The notes: a model not told the origin generated them from the sequence alone. DNA of 64,000 bases from Solirubrobacterales bacterium (GCA_038326655.1 JBBQKG010000007.1:19067-83066); one strand, 5' to 3'; numbered from the stretch's first letter, positions 37,585-48,028 are shown. A program made the numbers and translations.

Positions 37585-39951
37585 CTAACCGCCACCGGGG
37601 ATCACGCGGTACGCGTCGAACACCGAGTCCACGTTGCGCAGGCGCGCGACGCAGTTCTTCAGCGACGTGGTGTCGCCGACCTCGACCACGAAGCGGTTCT
37701 TCACCATCGGGTGGTCGACGATGCAACGCGCCTCGAGGATGTTGATGCCGGTCTCGGCGAACGTGCGTGACAGGTCCTCGAGCAGCCGCGTGCGGTCCCA
37801 CGCGTCGATCTGGAGCTCGACCCGGAACGAGGTCTCGTTGACTCCCTCCCACGAGACGTCCGTGAAGCGCTCGGGGTCCCGCTTGAGCTGGACCACGTTC
37901 TTGCAGTCCGTGCGATGGATCGTGATGCCTCGCCCGAGTGAGATGTAGCCGACGATCTCGTCTCCGGGGACCGGTCGGCAGCACTTCGCAAGGCGCACCA
38001 TCACGTCGTCGATGCCCTGCACGCGGATGCCGTAGCCCGTCGCGGTGCCCGAGGGACGCGCGCGCTCGTCCTTGCCCTTCGCGAGTCCCTCCGCGGGCCG
38101 CTCCTCGGCGACCGCCTCACCCTGCTTCAGGCGCTGCAGCAGCTTGTTCGTGACGACGCGGCCCGAGATCTTCGCCTGCCCGAGCGCCACGTAGAAGTCG
38201 TCTGCCTTGCGAAAGCCCATCTCGCGGATCACGTCCGCGAGCAGCGGCGAGCCCGTGATCTTCTGAGCGGGCAGGCCCTGCTTCCGAAGCGTCTCCTGGA
38301 GCAGCTCGCGGCCGCGGTGCTCGGAGTCCTCGCGGCGCTCACGGGTGAACCAGGCGCGGATCTTGTTGCGGGCGCGCGTCGTCTTCACGAGCGAAAGCCA
38401 GTCGCGGGATGGCCCCCGCTCCTGCTTCGAGGTCAGGATCTCGATGATGTCACCGGACTGGAGCCGGTAATGGAGCGGCGTGATCTTGGCGTTCACCTTC
38501 GCGCCCACACAGCGGTGGCCCACGTCGGTGTGGACCGCATAGGCGAAGTCGAGGGGCGTCGAGCCGGCCGCGAGGGACTTGACCTCGCCCTTCGGCGTGA
38601 ACACGAACACCTCGTCCTCGAAGAGGTCGATCTTGAGCGTCTCCATGAACTCCCGCGGGTCCTGAAGCTCCTGCTGCCAGTCGAGCAGATGGCGCAGCCA
38701 CGCCGGCTTGGCGGCTCCGCCCGCCTCGATGTCGGTGGCCGCGTCCCCGTTGGGATCAGCGGGCGAGGGGAGGACACCCCCGCCGTCCTTCGCCAACCCG
38801 GCTCGTCCGCTTGCGGACAAGGCGCTCTTTCTCTTGTAGATCCAGTGCGCGGCGACCCCGTACTCGGCCGTGAAGTGCATCTGCCGCGTGCGGATCTGGA
38901 TCTCGAGCGGCTGACCCTCGGGCCCGATCACGGTCGTGTGCAGGGCCTGGTACAGGTTGAACTTGGGCATCGCCACGTAGTCCTTGAACCGACCCGGCAG
39001 CGGCTTCCACAGGGAGTGGATGATTCCGATCGCGCCGTAGCAGTCCTTGACCGAGTCGACGATCACGCGCATCGCGGTGAGGTCGTAGATCTCGTTGAAC
39101 TCGCGGCCCTTCTTGGTCATCTTCGCGTAGATCGAATAGAAGTGCTTGGCGCGGCCCGAGACGTCGGACTCGATCGCAACGGCCTCGAGCTCCTGCTTCA
39201 GGTAGCGGCCGGCGCGCTCGACGTAGCTCTCGCGCTCGGTGCGCTGCTGGCTGACGAGCGACTTGATCTCGCTGTACTTGCGCGGGTGCAGGGACGAGAA
39301 GGCGAGGTCCTCGAGCTCCCATTTGATCGAGTGGATGCCGAGCCGGTGCGCGAGCGGCGCGAAGATGTCGAGCGTCTCCTTGGCCTTCTCGATCTGCTTC
39401 TGCTTCGGGAGCGCGTCCAGCGTGCGCATGTTGTGCAGCCGGTCTGCCAGCTTGATCAGGATCACCCTGATGTCGCTGGCCATCGCGACCATCATCTTGC
39501 GGTAGTTCTCGGCCTGCTGCTCGTCGCGGCTCTGGAAGGTGATTCCGGTGAGCTTGGTGACGCCGTCGACGAGCTGGGCGATCTCGTCGCCGAACCTCGC
39601 GCGCACGTCCTCGAGCGACGCGCTCGTGTCCTCGACCGTGTCGTGGAGCAGCGCCGCACAGATCGTCTCCGTGTCGAGCCGCATGCCGGCGCAGATCTTC
39701 GCCACCCCGACCGGATGGGTGATGAACTCCTCGCCGGACTTGCGCTGCTGGTCGGCGTGGCGCTCGCAGGAGAACCGGAACGCATCCGCGACGCGCTCCC
39801 TCTCCACCGGCTCGACCGCGTCGTCCGCGTGCTCGGACACGACCGCGAAGAGGTCGGCCAGCATCTCCGCCTCGCGTGCGGGCAGGCCCGCCGTCAACTG
39901 CTCGTCGGTGGGAGCTTCCGGGGGCGCCTGCTCGATCACGCCGACGCGCAT
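37585..39951 (-). CDS. relA: Bifunctional (p)ppGpp synthetase/hydrolase (RelA/SpoT homologue)
   Basis: HD domain (HPVGVAKI..., LLHDTVEDT), synthetase (GRAKHFYSIYAKM, ...DYVAMPK), TGS and ACT regions. ATG 39951 is preferred. The tracked GTG 40095 would overlap recJ by 91 nt. Confidence 0.9.
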   Translation of the reverse strand: MRVGVIEQAPPEAPTDEQLTAGLPAREAEMLADLFAVVSEHADDAVEPVERERVADAFRFSCERHADQQRKSGEEFITHPVGVAKICAGMRLDTETICAALLHDTVEDTSASLEDVRARFGDEIAQLVDGVTKLTGITFQSRDEQQAENYRKMMVAMASDIRVILIKLADRLHNMRTLDALPKQKQIEKAKETLDIFAPLAHRLGIHSIKWELEDLAFSSLHPRKYSEIKSLVSQQRTERESYVERAGRYLKQELEAVAIESDVSGRAKHFYSIYAKMTKKGREFNEIYDLTAMRVIVDSVKDCYGAIGIIHSLWKPLPGRFKDYVAMPKFNLYQALHTTVIGPEGQPLEIQIRTRQMHFTAEYGVAAHWIYKRKSALSASGRAGLAKDGGGVLPSPADPNGDAATDIEAGGAAKPAWLRHLLDWQQELQDPREFMETLKIDLFEDEVFVFTPKGEVKSLAAGSTPLDFAYAVHTDVGHRCVGAKVNAKITPLHYRLQSGDIIEILTSKQERGPSRDWLSLVKTTRARNKIRAWFTRERREDSEHRGRELLQETLRKQGLPAQKITGSPLLADVIREMGFRKADDFYVALGQAKISGRVVTNKLLQRLKQGEAVAEERPAEGLAKGKDERARPSGTATGYGIRVQGIDDVMVRLAKCCRPVPGDEIVGYISLGRGITIHRTDCKNVVQLKRDPERFTDVSWEGVNETSFRVELQIDAWDRTRLLEDLSRTFAETGINILEARCIVDHPMVKNRFVVEVGDTTSLKNCVARLRNVDSVFDAYRVIPGGG

Positions 39952-40004
39952 GTGCGCGTCGGGCAGCTTCGGCGTGTCGCCCGCGCCCGCGCCGCCGTTG
40001 GCGG

Positions 40005-42623
40005 CTAGGCGGCTGCCCGCCGCGGGCGGCTGCTCGCCGTTGGCGCCGCCGTTGGTCGTGTCTGCTCGCTCAGAAATCGAAGGCCCTCTTCGCACATGCG
40101 GGCGTAGGCGCGGAATGCGCTCGAGCGCTCCAGCTCGACCCGCTCATTGCTTGTGATCGTGCACTTAACGGTAGCGCTTGAGCGGTCCGTCGACACGAGG
40201 CCGAGCTCGCCCAGGACGCGCAGGCAGCGGGCCGCATGGATCGGGCTTCGCGGGTGTGGTCCATCGCCTGCCAGCACCGCTTCCAGCGGCTCGTCGCAGA
40301 GCTCGCCGCCCGCCGCCGAAAGCAGCCGGTAGTGGGATGCGAGCGCCGGCCTCAGCGCCAGCTCGTGCTCGAGGAACCGGCGCGCGAAGTCGACCTCCGC
40401 GGGGCCCCAGCCGAGATGCAGGAAGCCCTCCCCCACGCTCCTTCCGAGCAGCTCCGAGACGTGCGGAAACGGCGGCGGGTCGAGCGCGAACACGTGCCGG
40501 AAGCGAGCGGACAGGCCGGCGTCGCGCTCGAGCGACGCGTAGTCGGCCACGCAAAGGGCGCCGCCGAAGCCGGCCACCTCGGTCGCGGCGTCACGGGCGC
40601 ACCGGGTGGAGACCGGGATCACGGCCGCTCGCCCGAACCGCGCCGGCGCGAGCTCACGGGCGAAGAGCGATCGCCGGCGCGACATGTCCGCGCACGCGAC
40701 CAGCACCGGCTCGCCGGTGCTGAGCAGCTCGGAGAGAGTGCCGAGGACGCCCTCGCCACGCCGGTCGATGACAGTTCGCGCTTCCTTTTGGTCGCGCTCC
40801 CGATGTGCATCTCCGTGCGCCGCCTCGAGCGGAGCCTCGAGTTCCTCGAAGACGCTGTCCCACCACTGCTGCCCGCGTGCGCGGCAGGCGCAGCCTGCGC
40901 ATCCCTCCGAGCTCTGCGCCTCCTCGGTCAGCTCGTGCACGGCCCGCACGACCAGGCGCGGCTCGACCGCGCCGGCCCACTCGTTCACCTCAAGCCGGGC
41001 GGCCACGTCGTGCGGCCGGGGCCCGGCTGCCCCGCCGAGCGTGTCGCCGACCCCGAACGCCACCGCCCGCGCCTGCACGCCCGCCGACCTGACCGTGAAG
41101 CGCGCGTGCTTACCCTCGCCCATCGGGCGGACCTCAGCCAGCTTCGCGCCCGGGAGCAGCAGCGTGACGGCCGGGTTTCCCATGCCGAACGGGCGCAGCG
41201 CCTGGATTTCCTGGGCAAGCGCCAGGCAGACCGCGCCACCGGGCACAATCGCGTCCACGTGCTCCCTCCGGACGAGGTCTTCGGGCGCAAGCGCCGCGCG
41301 GGCATGCTCGACCAGCGCCGCGCGAAACGGCTCGATGTTGCGCTCCTCCACCTCGAGCCCCGCCGCCATCCTGTGGCCGCCGAACCGCTCCAGGTGGTCC
41401 GACGCGCTGGCGAGCCCCGCGTGGAGGTCGTACGGGGAGATGCTGCGCGCCGAGCCGCGCCCGCGGCCGGCGCCGTCGAGCCCCACGAGCACGAACGGGC
41501 GGTGGTGGCGCTCCACCAGCCGTGACGCGACGATCCCAACCACGCCCGGATGCCAGCCCTCGCCGGCGAGCACGTGCACCGGGTCGTCACGGCGCTCGGG
41601 CACGGCCGCCAGCTGTTCCTCGGCCGCGATCAGGATCGCCGTCTCGACTGCCCGCCGCTCCACGTTGATCGCGTCCAGCTCGAGCGCAATCTCACGTGCG
41701 CGCTCGGCGTCGCCGGTGAGCAGCAGCTCGAGACCCGCGTCGGCGCGGTAGAGGCGGCCGGCGGCGTTGATCCGCGGCGCCAGCCCGAAGCCGAGTGTCT
41801 GCTCGGTCGCGCTCTGGGGTTCGACCCCGGCGACGCGCAGCAGCTCGCGCAGGCCGACCCGGCGGGCGCCCTGGACCGCGCGCAGGCCGCTGCGCACGAG
41901 CGCCCGGTTCTCGCCCCGCAGCGGCACGAGGTCGGCGACCGTAGCAAGCGCCACGATGTCGAGCTCCCGGTCGAGCTCGGCCACGTCACGACCGGCCGCC
42001 GTGAAGAGCGCCTGCGCGAGCTTGTACGCGACCCCGGTGGCGCACAGCTCCTCGCACGGGTAGCCGCCCACGACCGGGTGGATCACGGGGCAGTCGGGCA
42101 GGTCCTCGCCGGGCCGGTGATGGTCGGTGACGATCACCTCCATCCCGAGCGAGCGCGCGAACGCGACCTCCTCGACCGCCCCGATCCCGCAGTCGACCGT
42201 GACCAACAGGCTCGCCCCACCGGCGCGGAGTTCCTCGACGGTCTTCGGGGAGAGCCCGTACCCGTCCTCCGAGCGGCTCGGCAGGCGCGCGCGCACGTCG
42301 GCGCCGAGATCGCGGAGCGCCCGTACGAGGACCGCCGTGGATGAGACGCCGTCGACGTCGTAGTCGCCGTGGACCGCGATCTGGCTCCCGCGCCCGATGT
42401 GTCCGAGCACGAGCTCAACCGCCTCCTGCATGCCGTCGAACTCGAACGGATCGTGCGTCTCGGTCGCGTCGAGGAAAGCCACCGCGGCGGCCGGATCGCC
42501 CAGCCCGCGCCGCACCAGCACCGCGGCGACCGTCTCGCTCACGCCGAGCGCCGCCGACAGCGCGCGGGCATCCGCGTAGGAGTAAGGAGCCGCTGACCAG
42601 CGGCCGGCACGACTGACGGTCAC
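40005..42623 (-). CDS. recJ: Single-stranded-DNA-specific exonuclease RecJ with a ~300-aa C-terminal extension
   Basis: 872 aa. DHH motifs HGDYDVDGVSS, VDCG and VTDHHRPG. DHHA1 motif GGHRMAAGL, followed by an OB-like region and a 307-aa tail. Confidence 0.9.
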   Translation of the reverse strand: MTVSRAGRWSAAPYSYADARALSAALGVSETVAAVLVRRGLGDPAAAVAFLDATETHDPFEFDGMQEAVELVLGHIGRGSQIAVHGDYDVDGVSSTAVLVRALRDLGADVRARLPSRSEDGYGLSPKTVEELRAGGASLLVTVDCGIGAVEEVAFARSLGMEVIVTDHHRPGEDLPDCPVIHPVVGGYPCEELCATGVAYKLAQALFTAAGRDVAELDRELDIVALATVADLVPLRGENRALVRSGLRAVQGARRVGLRELLRVAGVEPQSATEQTLGFGLAPRINAAGRLYRADAGLELLLTGDAERAREIALELDAINVERRAVETAILIAAEEQLAAVPERRDDPVHVLAGEGWHPGVVGIVASRLVERHHRPFVLVGLDGAGRGRGSARSISPYDLHAGLASASDHLERFGGHRMAAGLEVEERNIEPFRAALVEHARAALAPEDLVRREHVDAIVPGGAVCLALAQEIQALRPFGMGNPAVTLLLPGAKLAEVRPMGEGKHARFTVRSAGVQARAVAFGVGDTLGGAAGPRPHDVAARLEVNEWAGAVEPRLVVRAVHELTEEAQSSEGCAGCACRARGQQWWDSVFEELEAPLEAAHGDAHRERDQKEARTVIDRRGEGVLGTLSELLSTGEPVLVACADMSRRRSLFARELAPARFGRAAVIPVSTRCARDAATEVAGFGGALCVADYASLERDAGLSARFRHVFALDPPPFPHVSELLGRSVGEGFLHLGWGPAEVDFARRFLEHELALRPALASHYRLLSAAGGELCDEPLEAVLAGDGPHPRSPIHAARCLRVLGELGLVSTDRSSATVKCTITSNERVELERSSAFRAYARMCEEGLRFLSEQTRPTAAPTASSRPRRAAA

Positions 42624-42669
42624 CGCCCGATGCTAGGAACGGCGGTGGACGGAACGGCGAGGCGGCGCG

Positions 42670-42939
42670 CTAGCGCACGTGCGTGAGCCGCGGGTCTTCG
42701 CGGCGCATTCCGATGAAGTAGCAGACCGCGAGGCCCGCGATCGCGCCCGGAACCGCCTCGAGCGCGGTCCTGAGGCTGGCGTTGTCCACCTGGCCGACTG
42801 CGAGCGCGATGCCGATCATGTTCGCGCCGAGGATCGCGAACATGAATGCGCCCACGATCCCGCCCCAGAAGCGATCCGGCACGAAGACCGCGAAGTGCCA
42901 GATCGCGATTCCCATCATCGTCCAGACGAGGAAGTTCAT
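42670..42939 (-). CDS. GlsB/YeaQ/YmgE-like small membrane protein
   Basis: ATG 42939 gives the 89-aa sequence MNFLVWTMMGIAIWHFAVFVPDRFWGGIVGAFMFAILGANMIGIALAV..., with three hydrophobic segments. The tracked 212-aa ORF is over-extended. Confidence 0.6.
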   Translation of the reverse strand: MNFLVWTMMGIAIWHFAVFVPDRFWGGIVGAFMFAILGANMIGIALAVGQVDNASLRTALEAVPGAIAGLAVCYFIGMRREDPRLTHVR

Positions 42940-42940
42940 C

Positions 42941-45814
42941 TCACCTGCTCCGGCCGTGCTTTCGCCGCCCGCGCTGGCGGGCACGCTTCTTACGGTCCGC
43001 CCGCTCGGCGCGGACCGCGTCGACCGCGCGCTTGCGCGTCTCGCCGTCCTCCGAGCGTGCACCGCCCGGCACGGTCGCGGCTTCCCCGGCGCCGTTCGGC
43101 TCCTCCTCGAGCTCCGGTGGCTCGCTGTCGAGCTCGGCGGCGCCGTCATCGACGGGCTCCGGCACGGGCTCCGACCGGGCAGCCCGGCGCCGGCGACGTC
43201 CCTCCGTCGCGACGGCGGCGCCCGCGGCCACCGGCTCCGGGGCCTCGTCCTCGGGCCCGGCGGCCTCCGGCATTCCCTCGCGCGACATGACGGCGTATGC
43301 CGGCACATGGCCGAGCTGCTCGAGGATCCGGTGGCGCCGCTGCACGTACTGCGGCTCGCGCTCCTTCTCCTCGGTCAGCACCGGGCTCGCGATGAAGATC
43401 GACGAGTAGGCGCCGGAGGCGACTCCGACCAGCAGCGCAAAGGCGAAGTCCTTGAGCGTCTCGCCGCCGAAGATCAGGAGCGAAGTGATCGGGAGCAACG
43501 TGCAGAACGAAGTTGCCAGCGACCGGGTCAGGACCTCACTCATGGAGCGGTTGACGATCTGGGAGAAGGTCGCGCGCGGCATGCGCGGCGCGTTCTCGCG
43601 CACGCGGTCGAACACGATCACGGTGTCGTAGAGCGAGAATCCGAGAATCGTCAGCAACGCGGCCACCGTCGAGGTCGTCACCTCCCGGCCGGTGAGGGAA
43701 TACACGCCCGCCGTGATCAGGATGTCGTGGAACAGCGCGATCACGACCGGCACGGCGAACTTCGGCTCGAACCGGAACGCGACGTAGGCCATGATCAAGA
43801 GCAGCGAGGCGACGATCGCGATCACCGCGCTGCGCGCAACGGTGGTGCCGAAGGTCGGCCCGACACTCTCGCTCGAGAAGCCCTCCGCGCGCACCCCGAA
43901 CCTGGAGGAGATCGTGTCCTCGAGCCGCTTCACGCCGCCCGGGCCGAGCTCCTTGGTGGAAACCTGGATCGCGTTGGGACCGAGCTCTTTGTTCTTGACC
44001 TGCTGGATCTTCGCGTCGGCGAGGCCGAGCGGCCGGACGGCGCTGCGGACGTCCTCGACGCTTGCGGGCTTGACGAGCGCGGCGGTCACACGCGTGCCGC
44101 TCTCGAAGTCGATCCCGAAGTTGAGGCCCCTGGTCGCGAGCGCGACCGAACCAATCGTGAGGATGATGCCCGACATCGCGAAGAAGTAGCGGCTCTTCCC
44201 CATGAAGTCGAACTTCCACCGGAAATGGCGCTCGGTCGCGCCCAGCATCGCGGGGCTGCCGAGGATTCGCGAGCGGCCCATCGAGGCCAGCACCGCCTGC
44301 GTGAAAAGCACCGCGGTGAACAGCGAGACGAGCGTGCCGACGCCGAGCGTGAAGGCGAAGCCCTTGACGCCCGCGGTCGCGAGCACGAACAGGATGAACG
44401 CCGTGATCAGCGTGACCACGTTCGCGTCGACGATCGTCTTGATGCCACGCGTGTAGCCGGCCGAGATCGCGGACATCGTCGATCTTCCGGCGCGTAACTC
44501 TTCCTTAATGCGCTCGAAGATGATGATGTTCGTATCTGCCGCGACGCCGATCGTGAGGATCAGTCCCGCGATGCCGGGCAGCGTGAGCGTGATCGGGATC
44601 AGCTTGATCAGCCCGAAGAAGAGGACCGCGTAGGTGAGGAGCGCGAGGCCCGCGATCGCGCCCAGCAGCCTGTAGTAGAGGAGCAGGAAGATGAGCACGA
44701 GGGTGAAGCCCACGATGCCCGCGATCAGGCCCTGGTGCAGCGCCTGCTTGCCGAGTGTGGCCGAGACCTGGACCTGGCTGATCGGCTTGAGCGTGATCGG
44801 CAGTGCGCCGGTCCGAAGCACGTCCGCGAGGTCCTGGGCCTCCTGCAGCTTGAACCCGCCGGAGATCTGCGCGCCGGTCCGGCCGTCGATCCCGTTCGGG
44901 TTCTCGCGATAGTCGATGAACGGCCGCGAAACGAGCTTCTGGTCGAGCACGATCGCGAACGTCTGGAAGGAGTTCTCGACCGGCTGGCCGGGAATCTGGC
45001 GCTGCTGCCCGCGCTCGGCGAGCTGCTTCGTCACGCGCTGGAACTCGTCGCGCCCCTTCCCGGTGAAGCTGAAGGTGACGATCGGCTGGTTGGTCTGGGG
45101 GTCGTAGTTCTGCTTCGGGTCCTTGAGGTCGGTGCCCTTCAGCTCAGGGTTGTCACGCAGCAGGAACCACCGGTCATAGGTCTGGTTGCTCGGGAAGCCC
45201 GGCGGCTTCTCGCCCTGCACCACGACGGTCCCGGGCGGGACCATGAGCAGCTGGTAGCCCTTGGGCAGCTTGCCGTCGAGCTGTGACAGCGCGTCCTTGC
45301 GCGTCGCGTCCGGGCCCTCGGCGAGCTGCTTGTTGGGCTTGAAGACGTAGTACTGGCCCCGGGTCGTGTTGTTGGCGTCCACGACGGGCTTCTGCTGAGA
45401 GGCCTTCTTGATCGCCGCGTAGAGGCCGTTGATCGGCGTGCGCGGATTGCCGATCACGTTCGCCTCCCAGTCGTACAGATAGAGCTGGGCGGTCGTGCCG
45501 ACCTGGTTCTTCGCGCGATCGAGGTTCTTGACGCCCGGCAGCCCGACGGAGATCTGCTTCTGGCCGAGGCGCTGGATCTCGGGCTCGGCCACGCCCAGCT
45601 TGTCGACCCGCTCGCGGATGATGTCGATCGCGCGATCGACGGCCTCGGGCGTGACCGCGCTCTGTGGCGTGGGCTCGCCCTGGTAGACCAGCTCGACGCC
45701 GCCTTTCAGGTCGAGGCCGAGCCGGGTTTGCTTGGTCGCGATGACGATGCCCGATGCGGCCAGGAAGCCAAGCATCAGCAAGATCACGAACAGGTTGCGG
45801 CGGCGGGAAGTCAC
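42941..45814 (-). CDS. secDF: Fused protein-export membrane protein SecDF with a long charged C-terminal tail
   Basis: 957 aa. SecD N-terminus LGLDLKGGVELVYQG, a periplasmic domain and 6 TM. Then SecF (FDFMGKSRYFFAMSGIILT..., GIDFESGT) with 6 TM. About 150 aa of acidic/basic tail follow. Confidence 0.9.
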   Translation of the reverse strand: MTSRRRNLFVILLMLGFLAASGIVIATKQTRLGLDLKGGVELVYQGEPTPQSAVTPEAVDRAIDIIRERVDKLGVAEPEIQRLGQKQISVGLPGVKNLDRAKNQVGTTAQLYLYDWEANVIGNPRTPINGLYAAIKKASQQKPVVDANNTTRGQYYVFKPNKQLAEGPDATRKDALSQLDGKLPKGYQLLMVPPGTVVVQGEKPPGFPSNQTYDRWFLLRDNPELKGTDLKDPKQNYDPQTNQPIVTFSFTGKGRDEFQRVTKQLAERGQQRQIPGQPVENSFQTFAIVLDQKLVSRPFIDYRENPNGIDGRTGAQISGGFKLQEAQDLADVLRTGALPITLKPISQVQVSATLGKQALHQGLIAGIVGFTLVLIFLLLYYRLLGAIAGLALLTYAVLFFGLIKLIPITLTLPGIAGLILTIGVAADTNIIIFERIKEELRAGRSTMSAISAGYTRGIKTIVDANVVTLITAFILFVLATAGVKGFAFTLGVGTLVSLFTAVLFTQAVLASMGRSRILGSPAMLGATERHFRWKFDFMGKSRYFFAMSGIILTIGSVALATRGLNFGIDFESGTRVTAALVKPASVEDVRSAVRPLGLADAKIQQVKNKELGPNAIQVSTKELGPGGVKRLEDTISSRFGVRAEGFSSESVGPTFGTTVARSAVIAIVASLLLIMAYVAFRFEPKFAVPVVIALFHDILITAGVYSLTGREVTTSTVAALLTILGFSLYDTVIVFDRVRENAPRMPRATFSQIVNRSMSEVLTRSLATSFCTLLPITSLLIFGGETLKDFAFALLVGVASGAYSSIFIASPVLTEEKEREPQYVQRRHRILEQLGHVPAYAVMSREGMPEAAGPEDEAPEPVAAGAAVATEGRRRRRAARSEPVPEPVDDGAAELDSEPPELEEEPNGAGEAATVPGGARSEDGETRKRAVDAVRAERADRKKRARQRGRRKHGRSR

Positions 45815-45914
45815 TCTTGTCTCTCGATCCCTCGGGGGATTCTAGACGCGGGTTCGGGACGACCGGGCTGGCCGTCCGCGCGCATGCAGCGGAGAGGTTG
45901 AGGTTCGGACCGGG

Positions 45915-46361
45915 TCAGCGCTTGGGTGTCAGGACGAGGAGCAAGCCGCCATCGTCATCGTAGGCGGGGAAGACGTCGGCGGTCGCCTCGGCGGGCAGAT
46001 CGCCTTCGGCCTCCACCCGGACCGACCGCCCGAGCACCCGGACGCCCCACTCCAGCGAGGTGTTGATCGGATCGTCGCCCTCGCCGAAGCTGAGGCCGAG
46101 CACCTCCTTCACCGGGCGGCCGACGGTCGCCTCGTCCTTCAGGCCGGTGAGCTCGAAGCTGCCCCGGCCGCAGCCGATCACGCGCGCTTCGCTGTCGCAC
46201 ACGAAGAACGCCGCGTTGGGGTCGGGGAAGTAGTCGTCGAGCAACTCGAAGAGGAACCCGAACCCGCACTTCTGGCAGCCTCGCGGGTTCGTGCTGAAGC
46301 CGGCCGTCCGCTCGGCGGGGGTGGTGCGGGTACCGCAGTTGGGACAAATGAAGATGGGCAC
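45915..46361 (-). CDS. Hypothetical zinc-ribbon protein with a PAS-like C-terminal region
   Basis: 148 aa. CPNCG-x19-CQKCG. High GC3. Occupies the slot between ruvB and secDF. Confidence 0.6.
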   Translation of the reverse strand: MPIFICPNCGTRTTPAERTAGFSTNPRGCQKCGFGFLFELLDDYFPDPNAAFFVCDSEARVIGCGRGSFELTGLKDEATVGRPVKEVLGLSFGEGDDPINTSLEWGVRVLGRSVRVEAEGDLPAEATADVFPAYDDDGGLLLVLTPKR

Positions 46362-46400
46362 GCTTCGAGTTTAGAAGCAGTGCGAACCCCGCCCGTCACC

Positions 46401-47432
46401 TCAGAACAGGCTGCCCGCTCGGTCGGGCCGAGGAAGACCCAGGTGCTCGTACGCGCGCGCGGTCGCGACGCGGCCACGTGGCGTCCGCTTGATCAGCCCC
46501 CTTTGCAGCAGATACGGCTCGTACACGTCCTCGATCGTGTCCTGCTCCTCACCCACGGACGCGGCCAGTGTCGAGAGCCCGACGGGGCCGCCCTCGAACT
46601 TCTCCACGATCGTTCGAAGGATCTCACGGTCGAGGCGCTCGAGCCCTTCGGTGTCGACCTCGAGCAGTTCGAGCGCATCCGCGGCGACCAGCTCAGTCAC
46701 CGTGCCGGTCGAGCGCACCTCCGCGAAATCGCGCACGCGCTTCAACAGCCTGTTGGCGACCCGCGGCGTTCCGCGCGCGCGGGCGGCGATCGCCTCCGCG
46801 CCGGCGTCCTCGATCTCCACGCCCAGGATCGCGGCGGAGCGGCGGACGATCTCGGTCAACTCCGCGACGGGATAGTGCTCGAGGCGATGACAGAGGCCGA
46901 AGCGCTCGCGCAGCGGCGTGGTCAGCAGCCCGGTGCGCGTCGTGGCGCCCACGAGCGTGAACGGCGGCAGGTCGAGGGTCACCGTGCGCGCCCCCGCGCC
47001 CTGTCCGAGCACGATCGGCAGGCGCCGGTCCTCCATCGCCGGATACAGCGTCTCCTCGACCGCGCGGGTGAGGCGGTGAATCTCGTCGATGAAGAACACC
47101 GAGCCGGGCTCGAGCGCGGTCAGGAACGCGGCCACGTCGCCCTTGCGCTCGAGTGCGGGGCCGGCCGTCTGCACGAGCGGGACGTCCAGCTCGTGCGCCG
47201 TGATGTGGGCGAGCGACGTCTTCCCGAGGCCGGGCGGCCCCGCCAGCAGCACGTGATCGAGCGGCTCGCCTCGCCGGCGGGCGGCCTCGATGAAGAGCGC
47301 GAGCTGGTCCTTCACCTGATCCTGGCCGACAAAGTCGTCGAGTGTCCGCGGGCGAAGCGAGCGGTCGAACTCCTCCTCCCCGGGCCGCGTGGCCGGCACC
47401 TGGATGCTGAGATCGGCCGGCGGCGTGCTCAT
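46401..47432 (-). CDS. ruvB: Holliday junction branch-migration ATPase RuvB
   Basis: 343 aa. Walker [19 protein letters not shown], and a sensor region. Confidence 0.97.
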   Translation of the reverse strand: MSTPPADLSIQVPATRPGEEEFDRSLRPRTLDDFVGQDQVKDQLALFIEAARRRGEPLDHVLLAGPPGLGKTSLAHITAHELDVPLVQTAGPALERKGDVAAFLTALEPGSVFFIDEIHRLTRAVEETLYPAMEDRRLPIVLGQGAGARTVTLDLPPFTLVGATTRTGLLTTPLRERFGLCHRLEHYPVAELTEIVRRSAAILGVEIEDAGAEAIAARARGTPRVANRLLKRVRDFAEVRSTGTVTELVAADALELLEVDTEGLERLDREILRTIVEKFEGGPVGLSTLAASVGEEQDTIEDVYEPYLLQRGLIKRTPRGRVATARAYEHLGLPRPDRAGSLF

Positions 47433-48028
47433 GCCGCCTTCACGGCTCCGCGCAGCGCGGCCTCGATCAGCGCCTCCGGCGGCGCATGCTCGTCGACGGA
47501 CGCGGCGGCCGCGAGCATCGCCTCCGCCTCCGACGGGTCGTACCCGAGCGCGACGAGGCCCTCGCGGGCCACCGCGCGCGGCGACTCGGCCCCGGCCGGC
47601 GCGCTTCGCGCCTCCTCGTCGAGCTCTCCGGCAAACGCCTCGCGCAGCTCGACGATCACGCGCTCGGCGGTCTTGCGGCCGATCCCCGGCACGACCTGAA
47701 AGCGCTTTGCGTCGCCGGCGGCGATTGCCTTGCGGAGCTCCCCGGCGTTCGATCCCGACAGCGCCGTGAGCGCCATCTTCGGACCGACGCCGGCGACCGA
47801 GATCAGGCGCAGGAACAGCTCCCGCTCGGCCTCGGTGGCAAACCCGTAGAGCTGGATCCCGTCGTCCTTGAGGATCAGGTGCGCGAGCAGCGCCGCGCTC
47901 TGGCCGGCGGCCGGCACGCGCTCGAGCGTCTTCGCGGACACGCTCAGCCGGTAGCCGACGCCGTTGCAGTCGATCACGACATGGTCGGCCCGGCGCGACT
48001 GGACGGCGCCGGATACGGAGGAAATCAT
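47429..48028 (-). CDS. ruvA: Holliday junction DNA-binding protein RuvA
   Basis: ATG 48028 gives [28 protein letters not shown]. HhH motifs [10 protein letters not shown] and [16 protein letters not shown] overlap with ruvB. Confidence 0.9.
   Translation of the reverse strand: MISSVSGAVQSRRADHVVIDCNGVGYRLSVSAKTLERVPAAGQSAALLAHLILKDDGIQLYGFATEAERELFLRLISVAGVGPKMALTALSGSNAGELRKAIAAGDAKRFQVVPGIGRKTAERVIVELREAFAGELDEEARSAPAGAESPRAVAREGLVALGYDPSEAEAMLAAAASVDEHAPPEALIEAALRGAVKAA

Noticed and set aside
39952-40095. An upstream GTG start for relA that would overlap recJ by 91 nt.
   Set aside because: The extra 48 residues are low-complexity (GGANGEQPPAAGSRLAANGGAGAG) and overlap the recJ coding end. 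ATG 39951 is downstream of the recJ stop and precedes the conserved HD region. It is kept as a possible alternative only.
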